NCBI GenBank assembly: GCA_025558095.1
Contig: JAIVFI010000018.1
Location: 434,001-498,000, forward strand
Direction: 5' to 3'
Origin: Hyaloraphidium curvatum SAG 235-1
Taxonomy: Eukaryota > Fungi > Monoblepharomycota
Length of the DNA: 64,000 bases
Part shown: positions 49,876 through 59,558 of the stretch, in pieces
Position numbering within the stretch: position 1 is the stretch's first letter
Layout: each line of letters opens with the position of its first letter
Position numbers and translations under genes: made by a program
The notes under the pieces: model-generated
Databases searched by the model: none
The model's input: only the letters and a program-made list of their open reading frames with translations
Told to the model about the DNA's origin: nothing

Positions 49876-52058
49876 ATGCCGCTCGACCTCGCGATCGGCT
49901 ACCGCCGCTGCTCCGCCGCCCCCGGGACGAGGCGCTTCCGGCCCCCGGCGGGCCTCGAGCTGGCCGCGGACGTCGACCTCCGCGAGTGGTGCACCCCCGT
50001 CGAGAACCAGGGCCGCCTGAGCAGCTGCACCGCCAATGCGTGCGTCGGCCTCTACGAATACACTGGTAATGTGCAGGCGGAAGGGCAGGGATATGCCGAC
50101 CTCTCCCGGTTGTTTGTCTACTGGAACGCCCGGGTCCGCGGAGGCACGCAGAATGAAGATGGCGGTTCGGTGATCCAGTACGCCATGGAGAGCCTCGCGG
50201 CGCTTGGCACCTGCGAGGAAATTGTCTGGCCGTACGTCGAGCAGCGGGTCAACCACCGTCCCTCCGAGGACGCCTTCCGCGCCGCGGCGAGGCTCAAGGT
50301 GCAGCCCAAGGACATCAGGCAGGTCCCGCAGGATCTCGACGCCTGGCGAGCCTGTCTCTCCGCCGGGCTGCCGATCGTGTTCGGCTGCACCCTGTTCGAG
50401 AGCTTCGACGAATGCTGCCTGCCCGAGCGCGCGGGGGTGGTGCCCATGCCCGATCCCGCCGACGTGGGCAGGGCCGAGCACGGCGGACACGCCATGCTAT
50501 GTGTCGGGTACAGCGACTACGACGAGGTCTTCATCGTGCGAAACTCGTGGGGGAGCGACTGGGGGATCGAGGGAAACTGCTTCATGCCCTACAAGTGCGT
50601 AGTTTTCCTTTTGGCCCGCGATCACCGACTGATCCACCTCCCCTGCAGCTACCTCATGTCCCCCGAGTTCGGCGCCGACGACGCGTGGACCCTCGACCCC
50701 ACGCGCGCGCTCCCCGCCCCCGCGAGGCGCGCGATCGCAACCTCCCGGGGCCGCGCCTCGGGCGGCTCGATCCTCAACAACGGCGCGGGCGTGCCCTTCC
50801 CGACCAACCCCTATCCGGCGGGCTCGTACGAGGGATTCAGGTCGGTGGTGTTCGAGCGGGTGGAGGAATACGAGGAGCCGCCGGAGGAGTTTGTCGAGGT
50901 CGTTCACCAGTACGCCCCAGAGGTCGACCTCACGGTCGGTGGCGAGGACGATGGCGATGCGGAGGAGGGGGACCCATGGGATGCCGAGGGCGCCGAGTTC
51001 GAGGGCAAAGGCACCGACGAGGCTCTTGAGGGAGAGGATGCCGGCGCTGAAGAAAACGGTGCGCTCGATGGCTACGTGCTGCTGGCGGGACCGGTCCGAA
51101 TCACCACGTGCACCACAGAAGGAGAGGATGCTGTCGAAGGCGAGGCCGAAGAGGGATACGAAGCTGAAGGTGGGCAATCTGAGAAGGCGGTTGAAGGAGC
51201 GGATCTGACTCGATGTCCAGGTGCTGACGAACAAGGAGACCACGAAGGCAGGTTCCCGCTCCGCTCCAGTGATTGCAGCCGTCCGACGTCCCCCGTTCCA
51301 GGCGGTGAAGAGGACGTCGAGGAGATAGAAGGCGAGGACATTGAAGGCGAAGAGATTGAAGGCGAGGAGATTGAGGGCGAAGGTGGGTCAAAGCCAACGC
51401 TGCCCCCCTTGCAAGTCATTCTGACCGCAGCGTGTTTGCCAAAGAGGGCGAGCATGAGCTCGATGCCGAAGCCGAGGGCGATGCCGAGGAACAGGAGCCC
51501 GAAGCCGACGCCGACGGAGAGGACTTCGAAGGCAGGTTTTGCCTCCGCGGGGTTGCGATGGTGCCATCTCACACCTGTTGCAGAGGAAGCCGCCGAGGAG
51601 GAGGACGGTGCGATCGCGCGGGTGTTACCGCTCCAATGGCGAGGCTGACCGCCGTCCCGTTCCAGAGGGTGCCGAGGAGGCCGACGAAGAGGGGGTCGGA
51701 GAAGAGGAGGTCGAAGGTTGGTTTCGCCTGCCGCACGCCGGGCAACGTTGACACCGGGCGCCTCCAGAAGAGGAAGAGGCCGAAGAACAGGAAGCGGAGG
51801 AAGAGGAGCAGGAGGAAGAGGTCCAGGAGGAAGAAGGTGCGCGCACGTTCGACGCGGCAACGCTGTCTTCTCACACGCTGCAACAGGAGGTGACGGTGAG
51901 GAGGAAGGAGGTACGTCGCTTTGACCGCGCTCTGCGCCCGCGATGCTCAGCCCCTGCCAGGTGGCGAAGGCGACGGCCAGCAAGGCGGAGAAGGTCGGTT
52001 GCCTCGCCGATCGGCCGAATGATCCGTGCTAATGCCCGCCGCCGCAGACGAAGAGTAG
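49876..52058 (+). CDS. Papain-family (C1) cysteine peptidase, bacterial type, with a long acidic tail made of mini-exons
   Basis: VDLREWCTPVENQGRLSSCTANA (catalytic Cys), LSRLFVYWNAR, GGHAMLCVGY (His), FIVRNSWG (Asn); intron 50595-50648 and ten phase-1 introns between 51059 and 52047. Confidence 0.88.
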
Positions 52059-52092
52059 TGAGAAGCCTGCACAAGAACGAGTCCCACCTAGT

Positions 52093-53377
52093 TTATGCTC
52101 CGGGGAGAATGGGGATGTTATCGTAGTTACGAGAGAAAGTGACGCTGTGGAATGGAGTGGCTCCCGATGAACCGGGAAAACCAACGAAATGAATACGGGA
52201 CAAAGCGGTCCGAGCTCCAGGCACTCGATTCCGCGGCCATCTTTCGGCGAAGGAGGTACAGAAGGAATCAATCCTTGCGGCTCCCGAAGCTGTTGACCTC
52301 CTTGGGCGCCCTGGCGGAAGCCGGTCCCCGTCAACCATCGGACCGCGTGCGCTCGGACGCGGAACCCACCAAGGCCAGCTCCACCCCCCGCCCTCCTCGT
52401 CCTCTGCCCCTTTCGCGCCCCCCTTCCGCCTCCTCTCCTCCTCCTCCCGCCTCCTCCTCGCCGCCGCCGCCGCCGGATCCTCGCCCTCTGCGGGGCCGAT
52501 GATCTCCAGGTACGCGTACTTGCTCGATTCCCCCGCCCAGCGCCTGTACGCGTCCTGCGCGAGGCCCAGGAGCGCGAAGCCGGCGAGGCCGTAGCCGAGG
52601 GTGCGGGGGGAGACGCGGAGGGAGTCTGCAAGCGGTGGAGGTGAGGCGGAGCAAGGGGCGGCGCCAAGGAGGGGACCCACAGAGGCGGGAGAGGACGAGC
52701 TGCGTGGTCAGACCGGCGATGATGGTGGATTTGAAGTCCTCCGATTCGGGGCCGGCGTCGGTCAGCTTCGTGGCGCCCGACAGCCAGGCCGAGAAGCTCG
52801 AAGGGGGGTTCGCGGGGGCATTTTCGGCTTCAGAAGCGGGCCGACACGTCCCGAGCCGCACCAGATCGACGGCCGTCTCGAGTGCCGCGAAGCCGCCCAG
52901 CACCAGCGCCCACTTGGCCCCCGTGCGCGCGCCGACGGCCCCTGCGCGCTTCAGCACCTGGTAGTTGCGCTCCCGCAGGTAAAAGTACCAGCCGGCCTTT
53001 GTCCGCGGCATCCTGTGCGCATTCTCCGCCAGGAACTGCAGCCGCCGCAGCCTGCCGCCGGCGTGCGCGCCGACGAGGAAGCCCGACACGAAGCCGGCGG
53101 CGGCGAACACGCGCGCGTGGTCGAGGTTGACGAACGCGGGCGCGAGCGGCGCGGCGGGCGAGAGGTCGATCGACGACGCGTCGAGCGGCGTCGGCAGCAG
53201 CGGCACGGCGCACACCGCGCGGTGCAGCGGCAGCGTCCAGTACTTCGGCCGGCCGTCGGGCGCAGCGCTCTCGCCCGCCGCCCGCGCCGCCCGCCGCTCA
53301 GACACGAACGCCGCGAGCCGGCGGTACGCGACGACCAGCGCCTCCAGCGGGTTGGCGAAGCCGGCTTCCCCGCTCAT
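52093..53377 (-). CDS. Conserved fungal membrane protein, probably mitochondrial (Tim17/Pmp24-like)
   Basis: GFVSGFLVGAHAGG....LQFLAENAHRMPRT.AGWYFY..ERNY; Gly-rich TM helices; 3' end tentative. Confidence 0.6.
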
Positions 53378-53538
53378 CGCGTTGGGTGGTTGGGCTGCGA
53401 ACCGCGATCACGCGGCAGGTCCGCACCCCCACTCCGCAGACGCGTTCCCCCCCATCTCTAGGCAGGAATCGTGCCAAAATGCACTGGAACAGTATCGTAG
53501 AAGACAGTGGGAACTGTTCTTACGTGTGCACGACCAGG

Positions 53539-53551
53539 AAAAATCGAAAAA
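53539..53551 (-). terminator. Pol III terminator (two T-runs) of 5S copy 2
   Basis: TTTTT-CGA-TTTTT on the minus strand at the 5S 3' end. Confidence 0.7.
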
Positions 53552-53668
53552 GATACAGCACCACGTATTCCCGTGTGGTCTCCCACCACAGTACTGACGT
53601 GGCTCATACCAGCTTAACTTCAGTGGTCTGACGAGAACTGGTGCTTTCTGGTAGATATGGCCGTATCT
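53551..53668 (-). rRNA. 5S rRNA, dispersed copy 2 (identical to copy 1)
   Basis: Exact reverse complement of 49553-49670. Confidence 0.97.
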
Positions 53669-53812
53669 GAAGCGTGTGGGTGCCCGCACAATCATATACC
53701 TACGCGCCTAGGAGAGAGGCACCGTCCCAGAGTTCGGGGTGGCCTGGCCGGCGTCGCTTTGTTGATTGTTTCCGGCTCCACCCGGCGCGCCCTCCCGCGG
53801 CCCATTCCGACG

Positions 53813-55132
53813 ATGGCCATCGTCGACGGCTACCTGGCCTTTGCCAACGCGGCCGGCGCCGTGCTGAAGCCCGTGGCGGACCGCCTCGAGGACGTCGCGC
53901 TCGGGATCGCGAACCGCTATGCCCCCGACGCGACCGCCGCCGCGTCGGCGTGGCTGGAGCGCAACCAGAGCTCGCTGAGCAAGCGGCTGCCGCTCATGCA
54001 CCCCGTGAGCACGCGATGCCGCGCCGGGAAGGACCCGGGGCCCGGGGATCGCGGCGCTGACGCCACCGTCCCGCGCAGTTCCACGCGATCCTCCTCGCGC
54101 TCGCGTACCTCCTCGTCCTGCCCCTGATGAAGCAGCTCCCGGACCTCAGGAAAGCCGGCTTCATCAAGCCCCTGATGGTCCTCCACAACCTCCACCTATT
54201 TGCCCTCAGCTTCTACATGTGCACCGGGATTTGGGCCGAGGCGAGCCGCAGGCGGTACTCGTGGTTCGGCAACCCCGCGGACGAGACGGAGGAGGGCTGG
54301 CCGATGGCCAGGATGATTTGGCTGTGGGTATCGGGGAAGGCGGCGGCTGGGCGAGGGTTGGCTTTGGGATCACGGCCGGTCTCGCCACCTCTTTGGGAGG
54401 CGAGAACTGGGCACGGAATGCCCGTCGTCGGCCGAAGGCAGGATGAACGTGGCGAATAGCTTTGCTCGCTTGCTTGGGAGTGGAGGAGGAGACGAAGGCG
54501 GGCCTGCTGGTCGCTGGATCAACTCTGACAACCCTTGCCCTCCCAGCTTCTACTTCTCCAAGCTGCCCGAGTTCGTCGATACCTTCATCATGATGCTCAA
54601 GCGCAACTACCACCAGGTCTCCTTCCTCCACGTCTACCACCACTCCTCCATCTTCCTGATCTGGTGGCTCGTCACCTTCCTGGCCCCCACCGGCGAGGCG
54701 TGGTACTCGGCCATGCTCAACTCCTTCATCCACGTCATCATGTACGGCTACTACTTCAGCGCCGCGATCGGGTGGCGCGGCGTGGACTTTGTCAAGCGCT
54801 ACATCACGATGATGCAGATGACGCAGTTCGTGACGATGATGGTTCAGGTAGGGCGTTCTTCCGTTCCCCGCGAGGGCTCTTCTGATGCGTTGCTACCGCA
54901 GGCCACGTACGACATCATCCACGGGCTCAAGACGACCTCGAAAACCCCCCTCAAGACCGTCCTCCTGGAGCCGGCCCTCCACGCGCACCAGACAAACACC
55001 TACCCGCTCCTCCTCTCCACCGTGCTCTGGATCTACATGGTGACCATGCTGGGCCTCTTTGCCAACTTCTTCGTCAGGAGCTACTCCTCGAAGGAGTCGA
55101 AGAAGGCGGGCAAGGTCAAGAAGGCGGAGTGA
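53813..55132 (+). CDS. Fatty-acid elongase (ELO/GNS1-SUR4), PUFA/delta-6-elongase-like
   Basis: FYFSK.PEFVDT.IM.LK, SFLHVYHHSSIF.IWWLVTF.AP.GEA, NSFIHVIMYGYY, TMMQMTQF, LGLFANFF, C-terminal KKAE; resembles the Mortierella GLELO type from recall. Confidence 0.93.
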
Positions 55133-55207
55133 AGCTAGACTTTAGAGGATCAAGGCCTTGTACTGGCCCGGAATTATTGGACGTGAAAGATTCTCTTGCC
55201 CGGAAGG

Positions 55208-56571
55208 TCAGGTGTACACGACTCCTCCGAAAAAGCCGATCGCACGAGCCGGCTTCTCCGCGGTGCCCTCACGATCGCTCCAGCCCAGGATCAGCACCGG
55301 GCACGGGTTGCAGCGCATCTCGCCGCAGATGGCCGAGGCCAGCCCGCGTTCCTTCAGCCTCTCCACGGCATCCCACATCCCCGCATATTCCTTCTTCTTG
55401 TCCTCGAACTCCTGCGCTCCCTCGTCGTACGACTCGCGGCACAATATCCGCGTCTCGAACCACTCCTTCACCGCGTCGTCGGAGCCCAGGCGGTCCTTGT
55501 GGACCGGGTTCGCGGCCTCGGGGTTGATTCCCATCGCCGCAAACACGTCCTTCGGCTCCAAGGAGGGCGTCTCGACGACGACGGGGAGGAAGGGGTACTC
55601 GCCTTCGGAGCCCATGCTGACGGTGCAGGTGGTGGTCTTGGTTGAGACGTCGGCAAGGTACTCGAGGTCCTGGATCGAGCGATCAGGCAGGTGATGCAAG
55701 CGACACGCTCGCCCTACCTTCTGAAGGCCCTCGAGATCGGCAGGGGAAACACCGTCAGGCAGGGCTACGTCTTCGCCCGCTTTTCGCTTGGCTTGCAGCT
55801 CCCGAAGCCACCCGAATTGCGCCGGATTGTAGGCCACGCCGAAGCTAGTGAGGACCTGTCAGAAGACGCCGTGGTCGGAGAGGGGAGGCTCCAACCTCCA
55901 CGCCTTTGGTTCCGGCTTGAAGATGTACTTCTCGCCTTCATCCCAGTAGGCAGAGGCCTGCCCGTCCGCAAACGCCGAAATGAGCGCCTTGCGCCCGTCA
56001 CCGAGGTCCGAGAAATCAAACTTGTCGAGGAGTGCCGAAAGAGCGTCCGAGCCACCTGCAGCTTCCTCGTTCGTGTGCTTTGTATCGCCCGCATCCCCTC
56101 CCTCGGGTTCAGCGTCCGATTCGGCCTTGGCTTTCTTCGCCCGAGTTGCCCTGGCCTTCTTGGGCGCCGGTTCCGCGGCCGCGGCGGCTGCCTTGCCTCT
56201 CGTCCTCTTCGCCGGCTTTTCTTCCTCCGCCGCAGGCTCCTCGACGTCGACGGGCGCTTTTTGCTCGGCCACTGGCTCTCCGGAAGCCCCCTCCTCGGTG
56301 TCTCCCGCGGCCACGCCCGCCTCGACGTAGCCCTCCTTTAGCTTCTCTTTCACCATCTTCTCGACGAACTTGGCCGCTTCCTCGCTCGACGCGTGCGATT
56401 TATCCCTCGTCTGGCCGTTGGTTCCCAGCTTCCCGAAGCGGACCGTCGTGTCGGAGGACCCCTCTTCGAGGCTGATTTCCCAGAACTAGGGACGGCATCA
56501 GCTCCATTGGGGCACCGGGAGGCACGGGAAAGGACCTTGGTTGTGTGCTCGAAGTAGCGCTTGACCGACAT
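55208..56571 (-). CDS. WGR domain plus acidic/basic linker plus NuiA (nuclease A inhibitor)-like domain
   Basis: KRYFEH..KFWEI......TVRFGKLGTNGQ......EEA.KFVEKMVKEKLKEGY (WGR); SMGSEGEYPF...VLILGW...IGFFGGVVYT* (NuiA-like); introns 56535-56486, 55903-55856 (GC-AG) and 55717-55670. Confidence 0.75.
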
Positions 56572-56676
56572 TCTGGCTGTGGAGACGGCGATGTGGACGG
56601 AGGTCGCCCCAGTCTCCTTGTGGACCCTTGCCTTGTCGTCCTTGCTTTTTCGGACCCTCGGATCACCACCGGCTAT

Positions 56677-56916
56677 CAAGTGCGAGAATGTGAATATTGT
56701 TTAAAGGACAATCAGCAACGGCACCAGATGCTAAGACGCCGAGGATACCAGGACCCCGACAGTACTCCATGCTCAGTAGCTCGTTTCGCAGTTGTTCCCC
56801 GACCCCCAGTAGCACCACGCGGGCCACACCGGCGCCGCGGACACGCCTCGCCTCACCAGCTTCGCTCGTGCGGCATCCATCCGCCGCCTCGTCAGCCAGC
56901 CCTCCTGCGGAAGCAC
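56677..56916 (-). repeat. Direct-repeat copy of the hexosaminidase 3' end and 3' flank (partner at 59459-59702)
   Basis: 56773-56916 vs 59559-59702: 7 mismatches in 144 nt counted by eye; weaker similarity for about 95 nt more of downstream flank. Confidence 0.92.
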
Positions 56917-57245
56917 TGCCCATGCACCGCTCTCCCCGGCAGTTCGGCAGACGCACTCCGTCGCAGCCGGTCCGGTGGGCACCGCAGCATGAGGGCCGGG
57001 CTCCGGCTCGCAGGTCAACGCACGACCAGCTTCCGCGATACGCAGGGCCGTCCCCGCCGGGACCCAGCCTCTGTTGCCAGGCACGCAATTCTCTCCTGAA
57101 TTCGCCCGGCATTCCGACCGTTGCGTCGGCGGGGAAAGCCAGCTCGGCGACCCGGATCCGCAACCCAGGCCCGAAAGCGAGGAGCGCCGAGATGCGAAAC
57201 ACCGAGGGCGGTCGCATTGGCAGCGACGACCTCCTGCCCGCAGCA

Positions 57246-59282
57246 TCACCCGCCTCCGGTTTCTTTCTTCCACTCCTCGGGACAGGAGGGGCACCTCCCC
57301 AGCACCGTGTCGCATTCGGGGACCGGCACCCTCCTCAACGACCCAAAGCCCACGCCGGGGTACTCGTACCCGTACGCGCGGGCCATGTCCCACGCCCGGC
57401 GCGCATACCCGGCGTCCGCGCTCCACAGCTCGTCCCAGGTGAAGGGCGGACGGTGCGCGCGGGAGTTGACGAACCCCGTGGCGTTGGCGTGCCCCGTGGC
57501 GCTTGCGTTTGTGGGGGGTCCGGCGCGGCGTACGAGGCGGCGGGCGGTCCCGGCGGCGGCGTAGGCGGCGATGCGGTGCGGTGCGCCCGGGTCCTCGGTC
57601 CGCACGACGTAGAGCCCGAGGCGGTCGAGGTGGGCGTGCCATTCCACCCAGAACTGCATGAGAAGGGGGACGCGGCGCCTGGTGCGCGCGTGCGGACGGA
57701 GGTCCAGGGGGACGTGCCGCCCGAGGAAGGCGCCGTACTCGGGGAGGAACACGGGCTCGGTGCACAGCGAGGCGAGGGATGCGAGGGGCTCGCGCACGAG
57801 GTGCACGGCGACGCGGAAACGCCCGCCTTTGGTGCGGGCCGGGCCGAACTGCCTGTCGTCGCGGAACGCCATCATCCACGACACGGTGCCGTGCCCCCCG
57901 GGGTCGTGCCAGTCGTCCGTGGCGAGCACGCCGAGCGAGCGCAGAGCGGTTTGCACGGCGACGGTTCCCGAGCGCGGCGTGGCCGTCACGAGCAGCGGCC
58001 ATGTGGAGTTCAGCGCCCCCAGGCGGCAGCGCGGCGCGTAAATGTTGGATGCAGCGAGGGTCTCACACGTAGGCAGCGGCCGTGGGGCGCGATTGAGCGG
58101 GACCGGATCGTCCGGGAAGGCCAGCGTCGCATTTCCGAGTGCCCAGACACCGCCGTCGACCCGAGCGCCGGGGGAAGCGAGCGCGGCGGCAAATGCGTGG
58201 AAATCGGGGGTCGGTCCGGCACCGGCGTCGCGGGGGTCCGCGACCGGGGGGGTTGGATTCGCGTCTGTGGCGTTTGCGGTGCGGTTGCCATCTGCAAGCG
58301 GCTCCAGCGCGTCGAGCACCTCGTGTGTTGACGGCCGTGCCTCCAGCCGCGGCTCCCCATCACCTCCCACATAGCCCGTGTCCAAATCAAAGTCCTCCAA
58401 GTTCCAGTGGCACCGTTTTGCAAACTCGACCTGATCGAGCGGCTTCCTCAGATCGCTCGAGCGAACGTCTGCGATGACAATGTTGGGGAAGATGACGAAG
58501 AACCCGCCGGGATCGTTCGAATATCCCGGTCCGAACTTGGAGAGGTTGTCCAGCGGCCGTTGCAGCGCTGCCATCTCCCGGGCCAGCCGCGCTGCAGACG
58601 AGCGGTTCAGTCCGTAGGCGAAGTTCCCGAACGGAGTGGAGCCCGGGAGCAGCTGGGAATAGTAGCCATTCTGCCGCGCCTCACGCAGGTTGTGCGGCGT
58701 CCAGCCGTGCATCTGCGACGCTCCGAGCATCAGGACCGACCAGTTGCTGCCGACGCGCGCCATGGCGGCGTCGAAGGCGTCGGGGAAGCTGCGGTGGAAT
58801 ATGACGTCGTCCTCCAGCACAAGGAGACGGCCGGTTGCCCGGCGGGCGGCGTACTCGAGGTACGCCAGCGTGGTCAATGCGAGTGCGAACTGCTCGGGGT
58901 TTTTGAAGCTGCCGCGATCGCGGGCGTGCAGCGCCGCGACGGTCGGGTCGCGGCCGTCGAAGCCGCGCACGACGGTGTGCGGCACGCGCAGCGCGCGCAG
59001 CTGGGCGCGGGCGCGGGCCAGCGTGGCGCGCCGCGGCAGCGAGATCACGAGCACCTCGTCGAACACGTCGGTCAGCCGGCAGCGCGCGGGGCGCGGCGGG
59101 CAGCCGGCCGCGGGCGCCCAGCCCGGCGGCGGCGCGACGAGGTCCGCCAGCAGCGCGGCGTGCGTCATCGCGGGCTCGTCCGGCGGCCCGCAGCGCGGCA
59201 CGGCGGCCCACAGCGCGGCCGCGCCAGCTAGAAGAGCCAGCGCGGCGGGAAGCAGCCTCCGCCTCGCTCCCGGGACGGGCAT
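57246..59282 (-). CDS. Membrane-anchored GT25-like glycosyltransferase fused to a PAPS-dependent sulfotransferase-like domain, intronless
   Basis: N-terminal TM; VLVISLPRR..R..., GFDG, LLVLEDDVIF (GT25-type); LVTATPRSGT (5'-PSB loop) and VHLVREPLASLAS (3'-PB). Confidence 0.78.
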   Translation of the reverse strand: MPVPGARRRLLPAALALLAGAAALWAAVPRCGPPDEPAMTHAALLADLVAPPPGWAPAAGCPPRPARCRLTDVFDEVLVISLPRRATLARARAQLRALRVPHTVVRGFDGRDPTVAALHARDRGSFKNPEQFALALTTLAYLEYAARRATGRLLVLEDDVIFHRSFPDAFDAAMARVGSNWSVLMLGASQMHGWTPHNLREARQNGYYSQLLPGSTPFGNFAYGLNRSSAARLAREMAALQRPLDNLSKFGPGYSNDPGGFFVIFPNIVIADVRSSDLRKPLDQVEFAKRCHWNLEDFDLDTGYVGGDGEPRLEARPSTHEVLDALEPLADGNRTANATDANPTPPVADPRDAGAGPTPDFHAFAAALASPGARVDGGVWALGNATLAFPDDPVPLNRAPRPLPTCETLAASNIYAPRCRLGALNSTWPLLVTATPRSGTVAVQTALRSLGVLATDDWHDPGGHGTVSWMMAFRDDRQFGPARTKGGRFRVAVHLVREPLASLASLCTEPVFLPEYGAFLGRHVPLDLRPHARTRRRVPLLMQFWVEWHAHLDRLGLYVVRTEDPGAPHRIAAYAAAGTARRLVRRAGPPTNASATGHANATGFVNSRAHRPPFTWDELWSADAGYARRAWDMARAYGYEYPGVGFGSLRRVPVPECDTVLGRCPSCPEEWKKETGGG

Positions 59283-59558
59283 GCGCGGTCGCGGCGCCGC
59301 GGCGGCCCCGGACGGCTTGATCGATGTCCAGGCCGACTTCCGGACTCGTTGTTTCGGTTGTCTCGAAGGCTAGCGCTGGAACGTCATTTTGATTTGGCCG
59401 TGGAGAGTCCGATGGCCCGTAGACCCCCTTTCCTTCCACCCCACTGCCCAAGCCAGTCCAAGTGCGAGAATGTACACATTGAAGACAACCAGCAGCGGCA
59501 GACGATGCTAAGAAGCCGAGGATCCCCGGGCCCCGACTATACGATACGCACTCCATGC

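Noticed and set aside
49553-53668. 118-bp perfect inverted repeats as transposon terminal inverted repeats
   Set aside because: They are complete 5S rRNA genes with Pol III terminators; there is no transposase inside and no target-site duplication
54373-54460. HDV-like ribozyme in the elongase intron (GGCCGG...GGCGAAT)
   Set aside because: The nested P1/P2/P3 double pseudoknot could not be built in the required order
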